From NCBI GenBank assembly GCA_018645845.1, contig JABGVY010000132.1:1-54166 (forward strand): a stretch of DNA of 54,166 nucleotides, in the 5' to 3' direction. The notes under the pieces are model-generated. The model ran no database searches and was not told the origin of the DNA. It was given only the letters and a program-made list of their open reading frames with translations. The translations under genes were made by a program, and so were the position numbers. Of this stretch, positions 1 to 8,475 are shown piece after piece (the first letter of the stretch is position 1; each line of letters starts with the position of its first letter). This DNA is from Gammaproteobacteria bacterium. Lineage in GTDB: Bacteria > Pseudomonadota > Gammaproteobacteria > Pseudomonadales > Azotimanducaceae.

Positions 1-239
1 GCATAGATTGGCCGACCAGAGAATTCCTCAGAGGTCGAAAAAACTTTAACGGTGCCGCTTGCAAATCGAACGTGGGGGTAATTTAGCGTTTTGGCCAGTT
101 CAGGCAAATCCCGGTTATTAAACTCACGCATGAAGTCATCGAGAACGGATTGCGCAGCGTTTATAGATTGCTGATGCTCCTTTGCAGTCGCGACAGGCAG
201 TGACAATAAGATTAGGATAAAAAGTACTAATTTAGACAT
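1..239 (-). CDS. Partial CDS (N-terminal 79 codons; the rest lies outside the window): secreted hypothetical protein, possibly NTF2/SnoaL-like
   Basis: Absent from the ORF track because it runs off the window edge. Minus-strand ATG at 239, with a GGGAG SD 5 nt upstream. Translates MSKLVLFILILLSLPVATAKEHQQSINAAQSVLDDFMREFNNRDLPELAKTLNYPHVRFASG..., a clear signal peptide. The fold assignment is only a guess. Confidence 0.45.
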   Translation of the reverse strand, partial: MSKLVLFILILLSLPVATAKEHQQSINAAQSVLDDFMREFNNRDLPELAKTLNYPHVRFASGTVKVFSTSEEFSGRPIY

Positions 240-430
240 TGATGCTCCCTGAGAGGCTCGTATAACCCAAAGCCTAGCAGAGATACAGGAAGATCCCATA
301 AAGGATAGGATATTTAGCAGGGCCATTCATCAGGGGTGTTCAGACAACGGCCCGAATGCTGTATCAATGCAGCTTGTCCTCCGGTCTTCCTGGTTGATGT
401 GTCTTATTCTTGATTGCTGCTTGCTTAAGG

Positions 431-1420
431 TCAGTTGCCGGTGTGCTTTTGATCAGGATAAGTAGTCTCCCAATTCTGTAACCAGGGTGGCTCTGCCCAT
501 AAGGTCATTTCGTCGTTAACGGGATAGATCACAGGATATAGCCCCTGGGTATCCTGTTTGCCGTTCTTAATTTTCATCAAGCTGATCTGCAGATCCCTGA
601 GGTCGCTGGCGCCCAGAACCGGTGCGCCTGGAGGATAAAGTCGGTGCGCACCGTAGATCTTTGTCTCTGAATTGACGACATCACTAAGATGTTTCGCGCC
701 CTGGTCGTAGTCACCCAGGCTGCTGTTGGGCAAAACAGCTAACAATGGTCCCTGGTACATGAAGTCGCCGGCGAACAACAGGTTCGCCTCGGCGTCAAAG
801 AGCGAGATAGAGTCAGTGGTGTGGCCTGGCGTATAAATCACCTTCAGGACTCTGCCGCCCAGGTCCACATTCGTGCCGGGTGTCAGCCACTCGGCAATCG
901 AAAAGGTTGGCAGGTCAAAGCCTTCGGGTTCTCCAAGATGTTCCTGCCAGGTGAGGGTCAGTTGGTCGTTGTTGGCACGGGACCGGATGTGCGGTAAATC
1001 CACCACGGCGATGCGTTCGAACGGTAAGCCGTCACCAACGTGATCGTAGTGGAAATGCGAGGGCACGAAAGTAATCGGCAACGGGGTTAATTCCTCAGCC
1101 ACGGGGCGTATCTTGCGCGAGCCCGCGCCCGCATCAAACAGGATGGCTCGGTCTTCGCCCAGAATCAGGTAGCTAATATTTTGTTGGTAATACCGGGGTT
1201 CACCAATCGCGATAGTGCGGCTGTCGAGTTGTTCGATGGTGTAGTAATCATCATGCCACACTACTTGATCGCCTTCTTCTTCAGCGGGAAGTAAATCTGG
1301 TAGGCCACCAAACGAGAATGCCAGTGATATGCCCATTAGTGCCACCTGATGCCGGAACAGGAAAAGGCCGGTAGCCGCTAAAATTATCGCGATAAAGGCG
1401 AACGCAAGTTTTTTCGCCAT
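431..1420 (-). CDS. MBL-fold metallo-hydrolase with an N-terminal membrane anchor or signal
   Basis: 329-aa ORF. Carries the HxHxDH zinc motif (SHFHYDHVGD) and later His motifs (YTPGHTTDS, YGAH). N-terminus is hydrophobic (MAKKLAFAFIAIILAATGLFLF). Confidence 0.85.
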   Translation of the reverse strand: MAKKLAFAFIAIILAATGLFLFRHQVALMGISLAFSFGGLPDLLPAEEEGDQVVWHDDYYTIEQLDSRTIAIGEPRYYQQNISYLILGEDRAILFDAGAGSRKIRPVAEELTPLPITFVPSHFHYDHVGDGLPFERIAVVDLPHIRSRANNDQLTLTWQEHLGEPEGFDLPTFSIAEWLTPGTNVDLGGRVLKVIYTPGHTTDSISLFDAEANLLFAGDFMYQGPLLAVLPNSSLGDYDQGAKHLSDVVNSETKIYGAHRLYPPGAPVLGASDLRDLQISLMKIKNGKQDTQGLYPVIYPVNDEMTLWAEPPWLQNWETTYPDQKHTGN

Positions 1421-1456
1421 GTGATCCTCCTTTATGATGCGTTGCTAAAGTTTATC

Positions 1457-2215
1457 TTACCGCGGTAACTGGGACCCCGCGGCGGCAACGTAACCCCGAT
1501 TCCACGTTGGGCTTATCGTCATGTCATTGATACAAACATGTTCGGGCAAGGACGCCAGGAAGCGAATGACCTCACCACAATCTTCCGCCTGAACCATCTT
1601 GTCTCGGTCTTCCTGCGTCACGGGAATTGGGCGGTTATCGAGTATTGGAGTGGCAACTTCCCCCGGACAAATCGCGGTGGCGCGGACGCCATACGTGCAA
1701 GCCTCCATATTAATGCTCTCGTTCATCGCGTTCATGGCATGCTTGGCTGCCGTATAGGCGGGCCCTGTGACAACGCTGACATGCTTACCTGCCCAGGAAG
1801 AGATGTTGATAATAAGTCCATCACCCTGCGTTTTCATGATTGGCAACACGGCCTTGCAGCAGTAGAAAGCACCATCCAGATCAATACGAATCACTGAATC
1901 CCAGTCCTCAAGCGAGACGTTATGCCAGTTACGCTCTTTAACGTTGATACCGGCACTGGCCACCATGACGTCGATATGACCAAACCTTGCCAGAATGCGA
2001 TCAACGACGGTTTGTACGCCTTCCTTGCTGGACACGTCCAGCACTTCAATCGTCGCCAGGCCCTGGCACTGAGCCGCCACCGCTTCCAGTTTGTCCAGGC
2101 GCCGCCCGGAAATGACAACGTTCATGCCTGCCTGGGCCAGCGCGATGGCGCCGGCTGCTCCTATTCCTGTGCCTGCGCCGGTGATCCAGGCTACTTTATG
2201 GGTCAAATCTCTCAT
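1457..2215 (-). CDS. SDR-family (short-chain dehydrogenase/reductase) oxidoreductase
   Basis: 252 aa. Has the N-terminal Rossmann motif TGAGTGIG, NISS, and the catalytic YTAAK (YxxxK). Confidence 0.9.
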   Translation of the reverse strand: MRDLTHKVAWITGAGTGIGAAGAIALAQAGMNVVISGRRLDKLEAVAAQCQGLATIEVLDVSSKEGVQTVVDRILARFGHIDVMVASAGINVKERNWHNVSLEDWDSVIRIDLDGAFYCCKAVLPIMKTQGDGLIINISSWAGKHVSVVTGPAYTAAKHAMNAMNESINMEACTYGVRATAICPGEVATPILDNRPIPVTQEDRDKMVQAEDCGEVIRFLASLPEHVCINDMTISPTWNRGYVAAAGSQLPR

Positions 2216-2361
2216 TGGAATCCTCTTCTATTGTCATTAATCGTCGAGACTTTTATACAGCGTACCTTTTACCCTTCCATATTTCACGGCTGTGCAGGGC
2301 CAGTTTACCGGGGCGATTCTTGAGCCGGTAAATCAATCTTGGACGACATAGAAATTTCAGC

Positions 2362-2392
2362 AAAAAAAACCCGGCTAATGCCGGGTTTTTTT
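2362..2392 (-). terminator. Rho-independent terminator after the TonB-dependent receptor gene, symmetric enough to work in both directions
   Basis: AAAAAAAA-CCCGGC-TAAT-GCCGGG-TTTTTTT: a 6-bp GC stem (2370-2375 / 2380-2385), a 4-nt loop, and an A-run and T-run on the two sides. Confidence 0.75.
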
Positions 2393-2406
2393 ATATCTGC
2401 CTGAGT

Positions 2407-4806
2407 TTAGAACTCCATTGCGAATTCAAGACCCCAGCTTTTTGGAGGCTCGATAAAAGAGCGCTGGAACAAGGTAGCGATAGGCATATCGAACTCACCA
2501 CCCTCATCCGTCAGGTTGCGGCCGTAAGCCGAGACTCGATAGCGATCCCACACGTAGGTGACTGAGGCGTTGACGAAATCCCTTGCGTCCAGTTCACTGC
2601 CTGGTGAATTACTCAATGAAGTCGCCTGTGTATCAGTCTTGTTGTAGCGAGCGTGAATATCCAGTTCACCCGGACCGATGGGAATGGTGTAAGTACCACC
2701 GAAGCCAAAGGTATATTCTGGTGCGTATTTCACATCCTTGCCAGTTTCGTCATTGGGTGCGAGCCATAGCTGCTGGCCGCTGGTATTGATCCCGGCAGCT
2801 TCTACCACGCCACAATCGGAAGTCGGATTAACGTCTGGTTGGGCACCATCGAGATCAACACAGAACTCATCGTACTCTGCATCCAGTAAGCCCAGGGACA
2901 TAAACAGATTAAAGTTTTCGTTAACTACCCAGCGGGCTTCAATTTCAAGCCCCATGTACTCAACGTTACCCACATTGTCGATAACTGTGACGACAGTGTC
3001 GGTCGATGAGTCCAGTTTAACCGTGGACTCCTGCTTACCCTCGAAATCATTGTAGAAGGCTGCGATGTTCAATTGCACGGTATTATCGAACCACTGAGAC
3101 TTCATACCGAATTCCCACGATTCCGCGTACTCGGGCTCATAGGTGTTGGCGAAGTCCTGCGCATTCTGGTTCCGACCGAAGTAACCACCGGAGTGGAAGC
3201 CTTCCGAGTAGGAGCCATAGAACATCACGTCTTCATTCATTTTGTAGTCCACGCCGACCTTCGGTGAAGTCTCGCTCCAGTCTTGCTTGCCTCTGAAGAC
3301 GTCAAGTTCGCCAGCGGCGTTGATTGCCCACTGTTCAACAGGAATACGAGCGAACTCAAGCGGTACCAGGTATGACTGGGCGGCGAAAAATTCTTTCTCT
3401 TCCCGCGTATGTCTAATGCCTAGAGTGACGGTCCACTGGTCGTTGATGTGATAGTTACCCTGGAAGAAGATAGCCTCGGAATTAACTTCCTGATTCTGGT
3501 GCAGGTTCTGGGTGAAGTTCTCCCCGAGCCCCGCTGATCCAAAGCCAACACCCTGGTAGCACCGCAAGGCGCCGACAAGTTCCAATAGACATAGATCAGT
3601 TAAGCCTAGGCCTGGCGCAACAGGTGCGTTGGTTGAGAGTCCTGGCACGACGCTATCCCAGAAAGATCCAAAGGTAACCCAGTTTTGTTCGTACTCGTTT
3701 TCCCAGAGGTAGATGCCAGCGACAAAGTCGAATTTCTCGTAAGTACCCTCAAGACGTAGCTCAGTACTTAATTGCTCGTGAGTATTATCATTGTCGATCC
3801 AGATATACGGTAGCGAGGATCCATCCAGCTCTGAAATATAATCTTCAGTTTCGTCGCGCCATCCTGTCGTGGATACCAGCTCCAGGTTTTCGTTGATATC
3901 GAAACGCATGGTCAGCGTGACCGCATCGGTGTCGTACTGGGCCTCGTTATCCTGGTCGGTTGAGTAATCGTACTCACCTGTTCCGTCTACTCGACATGAT
4001 CCATAAACGTCGCAGAGTAAAAACCCTGGGTCGTTGGCATTTTTAGCTTCGCCGATATCACTGCCGTCGTCGTATGTCTCAACGGTTAACAGGGCTTCGA
4101 AGCGATTAGTTTCATACAGGAATGCTGCACCAAAGTTCACATAGTCTTTCTCCGGTCCTTCTGTCCCCAAGAAAGTATTGGTCATATAGCCATCGTTCTC
4201 GATAGAGGTGTAGAAGAACTTCGTGGATAATGAATCAGCTATCTGCGGGAGGTTAAGGACACCCCTGATTTCAATTGCGTCCCACTCACCGGCGGTCACT
4301 TGAATCTTGCCACCGCCTTCACCAGTGGGTCTGGAACGAAAAGCCTGGATGACACCACCGACAGTGTTTTTGCCGAATAACGTACCTTGCGGCCCGCGTA
4401 GTACTTCAACTCGGTCGACGTCGAAGTTCTCGATAATCTGTCCTGAGCTGGTGCCGATAAAAATACCGTCAAGCGCTACAGCTACAGCTGGGTCAAATGA
4501 CTTATCTGATTCCGTGTAAGCCAGGCCACGAATATTGATCGATGAACTGCGGCTTCTTGCGCCGCTGTCTTCGATAATCACATTAGGTAGGTAGGCGTTC
4601 AGGTCAGTAATATCGCGAACGCTAGAATCCTGCATCTCCATATTTAGTGCTGTCATGGCGATTGGCACATCCTGAACTGATTCCTCAGTCTTTCGTGCCG
4701 TTACAATGACTTCTTCAAGAACTGCTCGACTTTCTTCGGCATACGCCGTTGAAAAACCGAGTGTCCCCAGAAGAAATGCAAGGATAGTTAAAGATCGTAC
4801 TTTCAT
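2407..4806 (-). CDS. TonB-dependent outer-membrane receptor
   Basis: The ORF is open to 4914. I place the start at the ATG at 4806, which gives MKVRSLTILAFLLGTLGFSTAYA (signal peptide) preceded by a G-rich SD. Plug-domain motifs are present (EEVIVTARK, RVEVLRGPQGTLFGKNTVGGVI), followed by a long beta-barrel region and a C-terminal aromatic residue (...EFAMEF). Confidence 0.9.
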   Translation of the reverse strand: MKVRSLTILAFLLGTLGFSTAYAEESRAVLEEVIVTARKTEESVQDVPIAMTALNMEMQDSSVRDITDLNAYLPNVIIEDSGARSRSSSINIRGLAYTESDKSFDPAVAVALDGIFIGTSSGQIIENFDVDRVEVLRGPQGTLFGKNTVGGVIQAFRSRPTGEGGGKIQVTAGEWDAIEIRGVLNLPQIADSLSTKFFYTSIENDGYMTNTFLGTEGPEKDYVNFGAAFLYETNRFEALLTVETYDDGSDIGEAKNANDPGFLLCDVYGSCRVDGTGEYDYSTDQDNEAQYDTDAVTLTMRFDINENLELVSTTGWRDETEDYISELDGSSLPYIWIDNDNTHEQLSTELRLEGTYEKFDFVAGIYLWENEYEQNWVTFGSFWDSVVPGLSTNAPVAPGLGLTDLCLLELVGALRCYQGVGFGSAGLGENFTQNLHQNQEVNSEAIFFQGNYHINDQWTVTLGIRHTREEKEFFAAQSYLVPLEFARIPVEQWAINAAGELDVFRGKQDWSETSPKVGVDYKMNEDVMFYGSYSEGFHSGGYFGRNQNAQDFANTYEPEYAESWEFGMKSQWFDNTVQLNIAAFYNDFEGKQESTVKLDSSTDTVVTVIDNVGNVEYMGLEIEARWVVNENFNLFMSLGLLDAEYDEFCVDLDGAQPDVNPTSDCGVVEAAGINTSGQQLWLAPNDETGKDVKYAPEYTFGFGGTYTIPIGPGELDIHARYNKTDTQATSLSNSPGSELDARDFVNASVTYVWDRYRVSAYGRNLTDEGGEFDMPIATLFQRSFIEPPKSWGLEFAMEF

Positions 4807-5214
4807 GGTTCCCCCCCCCACCATTTGGTGGATTTTATTTTTATTAATTATTTTAGGAACGTACTTTTTTTTCATCCTTCTACTACAACTGCCAAATCTG
4901 ACGTTTGTATTCATAACCGTCAGAGCTGACTGTTTTGTTGGAGATTACACCATAGGAGAATAGTCTGTTCCGGTCAATGGTATAAGAAAGCAATAATATT
5001 AGCGGGTTGCAGACTCACTGGAGCCGTTACTCAAAGGTGCTGCTTTGAACGCTGTTGCGATCCCGCCGCAACCATAGGTAATTAGCGGGCCACCGACGAT
5101 TTTATTCTGGGATGTTGCAGCCGGAATAGCATTTGATGGCAGGTAGCCTTCGCCGATTAGCAAAAAGAATGGGTGGTTTTACAGAGACCGTAATGTGCCC
5201 TGAGCAGATTCAGT

Positions 5215-5946
5215 TTAGAGTTCGACCTTAATGGCGAGCGGCGGCATGGCGGGCGGAGGTTTCGTCGAATAAGACTTCGTTCTGCCCTCTGGAGATAATA
5301 AAGGGTGAACGTCCTCAGGGGTCAGCACCTGCCACCTTCCTGGTTGTAACAAGGTTTTGACCATCATTCGGTTGATGTTCGTCGAACCTTTTGTTCGATA
5401 TTGCACATCAAGTGACACCCAAATTTCACTGTCTAAAGGAGAAACAATGACCTTCACGAACTCTGCTCTGGCCCCTGAATTTGTAGCCAGTATTGGGAAA
5501 ATGCTAAATACTTGCGGCTGTGTTAATTGTAAAATAATGGGTTCGTTTGCTAAACCCGTTGCCGTCAGTTCCGCTCGATTGATTCCGCTCTGATAATAAC
5601 GGGAATGTTCGTCTTGCTTCCCCGCGTGTTGGTTGACGACATGGTCGAAATCGAAAAAAACATTCACTGTTACTGGTCTGAGGTCTAATTGGCGAAGAAG
5701 TTTTTTAGCCGATGCGACGCTGTGGGTTGAACCCGTGCAGATTAGTTTGTTTGCATAAGCGGCTGTCTGCAATTCACTATCGGACAGTTGATCGAAAACG
5801 ACTTTGAGGTCTTGTGCGGGCAAAAATTTAGGAACATAAACCCATTCAACGGTAGTGTCAGCCTGCTCTTTCGCCGTAAGGTGGCTTGTCAAAAATATAT
5901 ACAGAGCGACAACGAGAATCTTTTTTAGAAAGGTTTTGTTTTTCAT
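5215..5946 (-). CDS. Secreted hypothetical protein; the N-terminal part resembles a secretin-N (N1-type) domain
   Basis: 243 aa with signal peptide MKNKTFLKKILVVALYIFLTSHLTA. The segment VYVPKFLPAQDLKVVFDQLSD...NKLICTGSTHSVASAKKLLRQLDLRP follows the pattern of secretin N-domains, by eye only. No secretin C-domain is present. Confidence 0.5.
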   Translation of the reverse strand: MKNKTFLKKILVVALYIFLTSHLTAKEQADTTVEWVYVPKFLPAQDLKVVFDQLSDSELQTAAYANKLICTGSTHSVASAKKLLRQLDLRPVTVNVFFDFDHVVNQHAGKQDEHSRYYQSGINRAELTATGLANEPIILQLTQPQVFSIFPILATNSGARAEFVKVIVSPLDSEIWVSLDVQYRTKGSTNINRMMVKTLLQPGRWQVLTPEDVHPLLSPEGRTKSYSTKPPPAMPPLAIKVEL

Positions 5947-6381
5947 TTTCTAACCTGCGCTAGGAGCATCAAGTAAATAGGTAATTAAGGGTGGCGCTGT
6001 TCAAATTATTCGAGTTAAACAAATGGTTATTATAGGGCTTCTACGAACTATGGTGTACCAGGGTATTGTCCTTATAGAGTCCTAACGCGGATCATCCGAA
6101 CAGCCTGTCAATGACCGATATACCGGGGCGAAGCAGCTGCCGCGTCGAGCTCCCGGCACTTTTTGGGTTGGGGTTTTCATTTGCGGGGTGTGGTTGTTGA
6201 CACTCACGTGTCTGTGATCACGGAGACCGTGCCCTTGTCACCGGATACTAAAAATTCGCTATTGGGCGAACCAAAGCATTGAATCCAGCGCTTAAGAAAA
6301 AGGCGATGTGCACAGCAGGTAAAATAAATGAGTGGCACAGCCTAGGATCATAGCTGAAACCCTTTATATGCTATGCGGGAC

Positions 6382-6864
6382 TTATATGCGTGACAAAAGC
6401 CAGATAACACAAGCGGCAACCAGGCCCGCGCCAACAATTGAAGACAGATCAACAATATTAAGTAGATTCAACGGCTGACGCTGGGGGTTTGAGGCCAGCA
6501 TTCGGACGTTCTTCTCCTGATGTCCTATGATTTCGGTGAGTTTGTCTGCTCTCCGGCCTTCAAGACTCGCTTGCATGCACCAGAAGTCTCTGTCCTGGCG
6601 AACTTCATTGAGCAAGAGTCTCTCATTAGACAAGGTGTTTTCTATTTCCGTAAGCTTATATCTTAATAGTGCGCTTTCAGGACGCCGGGAGGTGCCAAAG
6701 GCAGTTTCGGCGTTCGATGCTTGAGGGCCAAATACGCGTATGAGTTCGCTGTTGTCTATCAGGCCGTTGTTCGCTGATAGCTGACCGTTTTTGAGATGAC
6801 GACGGATAGCGAAACGAGTAAGCCCCGTCGCTTTTGCCGCCTCAGATTCGCTGAGTAGTGTCAT
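6382..6864 (-). CDS. Hypothetical HTH protein with a coiled-coil segment and a C-terminal transmembrane anchor
   Basis: 160 aa. The N-terminus (SESEAAKATGLTRFAIRRHLKNGQL) looks like a MerR/excisionase-type HTH. A heptad-like middle follows, then the C-terminal hydrophobic stretch IVGAGLVAACVIWLL. A TATAAT box lies about 60 nt upstream on the minus strand. Confidence 0.55.
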   Translation of the reverse strand: MTLLSESEAAKATGLTRFAIRRHLKNGQLSANNGLIDNSELIRVFGPQASNAETAFGTSRRPESALLRYKLTEIENTLSNERLLLNEVRQDRDFWCMQASLEGRRADKLTEIIGHQEKNVRMLASNPQRQPLNLLNIVDLSSIVGAGLVAACVIWLLSRI

Positions 6865-7341
6865 TTCTTACCCCGAGCTCAGAAAGGAGAGAGTCTCATA
6901 TTTAAGTTTAGACTGCAATTATAGTGTTTTTTCATCTTTTGAGCGGTTAGTGGGCCTGATGGGCTTGCCTTTCCTAGGGGCATTTCATTGCTGTGATTCA
7001 ACGGAAATCACCATAGCGCCAACAGGACGGACCGTAGCCGATGCAGGTGTTTAAAGTCCCTGCAAAATAGAGGCCCGCTCGGGAAGTTCGAATACCTGGA
7101 TTTGGCCCTGGAAGCTATCGTTTGTGAGTAACCGACAATGTTCAATGTGTCCGATTATTGGGCTTAAACCCACATCTACATCACGGTTAACGGGCGGATG
7201 GCCGATTACTTTAGCGCGTTCTTTTTGTTAGTAAGCGGAAATAGTCGGAATATCGTATTCAGTGGGCTTGTGTCTGCGATCGGCCAGGCGGTGGTAACGC
7301 ATACAGCTGAAAGACTGGAACGGCCCTTTTGCTTCATATCA

Positions 7342-7587
7342 TTAAGCGCGACCGACTTGGTGTAACTGCTTCGTTAGCTGCTCTATTTCAGAAGATGCTC
7401 GTACGATTTCCTCAATCAGAGGAAGACCATCTTGTTCACAGTGTTCCTTGAGTTCGCTCAAATAGCCATTCATCCAGCAAAGTACATTACACAGGTCATG
7501 GGAAACACCGCGAGCTATATCAATATCGGGAGTAGGGGCGACCAGATGTGAGATTGGGTTTGTAGGCTGGCGTATCGCTAGGTCCAT
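7342..7587 (-). CDS. Stand-alone histidine-kinase DHp (HisKA-like, H-box) domain protein, 81 aa, with no ATPase domain
   Basis: Strong SD AAGGAGA (rc of 7595-7601) lies 7 nt from the ATG at 7587. The H-box-like segment IARGVSHDLCNVLCWMNGYL is followed by a second helix, LIEEIVRASSEIEQLTKQLHQ. A perfect sigma54 promoter lies about 55 nt upstream. Confidence 0.65.
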   Translation of the reverse strand: MDLAIRQPTNPISHLVAPTPDIDIARGVSHDLCNVLCWMNGYLSELKEHCEQDGLPLIEEIVRASSEIEQLTKQLHQVGRA

Positions 7588-7641
7588 GTGAATTTCTCCT
7601 TAAGTGTTAGTGGAAAAGTATCCTTTTGCTGTCATTAGAAT

Positions 7642-7657
7642 TGCAATCACCGTGCCA
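7642..7657 (-). promoter_or_regulatory. Sigma54 (-24/-12) promoter for the 81-aa DHp-only gene
   Basis: The minus strand reads TGGCACG-GTGA-TTGCA, an exact match to the consensus TGGCACG-N4-TTGCW. It lies inside a spurious 70-aa ORF. Confidence 0.7.
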
Positions 7658-8041
7658 GTTTTCTTTGGGTCCTTGGGTTTCCTTGCCTCGTTAGTGTTTT
7701 CGCAACCCCCGGGGTTGTCGTGACTGCATGAACGCGCTCGAATGCCGTTGATAAGATGCAATTTGCAACGATTCTTGAGCTTAATGCGAGAGGGTTTCGC
7801 AAAATACGACAAAATATGGATGGGTTGACGTTCATCCTTGCGGCGTCAGGACCGGTGGAGTCTTACAAAGGCGATGCCGAAGCCAGTCGATATGGCCTGG
7901 TGAGCAGGATGTTACTGGAGGCCGTGGTAGTTCATTGGAAGCAGAGCCTCGGGAATTTAGACAGTACAACGAAAAAAACCCACCCAGTTGTAACGCGGGG
8001 CAGGGAAGACGCCAGACCGGAAGGGCCCTTAAATATTGGCG

Positions 8042-8413
8042 TTAGGCGTTGCCATCGAACAGAACGCTAGTCTGGGTTAGAGTGAGCTTGCCTCTTATCT
8101 GTCTTGCTATCTCTACCATTTCCTCTGAAGGGATCTCTCTGATGATCTCTTCGGTTTCCGAATCCGTTACTGTGATGATTGACCGGTTGATGGATTCATC
8201 TCGCTTAAAAGATAAGTTGTTGTGTCCTAAACTATCGACCACTTGTCGTATTTCCTGGAGAGCAACCTCCACCTCTTCATTGCTTGGTGCCGCTGCTGGT
8301 GCCGCTGTGCTTTTAGTGGTGTCACTTTCAGGCGCTGGCTTCTGCACGGACTTTTGTTCATGAGTTTGGACCGGTGGTGAAGTTGTCCTAATTGAAATGT
8401 TCATGGTGTTCAT
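8042..8413 (-). CDS. flaG: Flagellar protein FlaG
   Basis: 123 aa, immediately downstream of flagellin. The C-terminal FlaG-family pattern is present (LSFKRDESINRSIITVTDSETEEIIREIPSEEMVEIARQI). Confidence 0.85.
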   Translation of the reverse strand: MNTMNISIRTTSPPVQTHEQKSVQKPAPESDTTKSTAAPAAAPSNEEVEVALQEIRQVVDSLGHNNLSFKRDESINRSIITVTDSETEEIIREIPSEEMVEIARQIRGKLTLTQTSVLFDGNA

Positions 8414-8430
8414 TCTCCGTAAACAAGTCA

Positions 8431-8449
8431 GCCGGGGACATGCCCCGGC
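8431..8449 (-). terminator. GC-rich stem-loop between fliC and flaG, a probable partial terminator or attenuator
   Basis: GCCGGGG-ACATG-CCCCGGC: a 7-bp stem located 27 nt after the fliC stop. The minus-strand 3' tail TGACTTGTTT is only moderately U-rich. Confidence 0.5.
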
Positions 8450-8475
8450 CTTCTTGCTTTAATCAAAGACCGGCT

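Noticed and set aside
1538-2323. Plus-strand ORFs (119 aa, 133 aa) and the minus-strand ORF 1891-2118, all overlapping the SDR gene.
   Set aside because: They lie inside a well-supported SDR CDS that has canonical motifs. The translations are Arg/Cys/His-rich, typical of off-frame reading of GC-rich coding sequence.
4999-5163. An untracked 54-codon minus-strand ORF (TTG start) between the hypothetical gene and the TonB-dependent receptor: LIGEGYLPSNAIPAATSQNKIVGGPLITYGCGGIATAFKAAPLSNGSSESATR. The internal ..IVGG motif is reminiscent of a double-glycine leader peptide.
   Set aside because: There is no ATG and no convincing SD. The putative leader lacks the usual acidic/hydrophobic consensus, and no peptidase-domain ABC exporter or immunity gene is nearby. 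The evidence is too weak to annotate, though a proteogenomic look would be worthwhile.
7051-7302. An 84-codon minus-strand frame (MRYHRLADRRHKPTEYDIPTISAY*QKERAKVIGHPPVNRDVDVGLSPIIGHIEHCRLLTNDSFQGQIQVFELPERASILQGL) interrupted by one in-frame TAA at 7228-7230. It could be a small pseudogene, for example a toxin-antitoxin remnant.
   Set aside because: I recognise no family in the translation and there is no SD. A single 250-nt frame with one stop is within chance expectation. BLASTX would be needed.
7600-8070. ORFs at 7600-7812 (-), 7647-7835 (-) and 7756-8070 (+) between flaG and the DHp-only gene.
   Set aside because: They overlap one another and contain the sigma54 promoter and 5' UTR of the downstream gene. 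Their composition is basic and low-complexity, and there are no SDs.
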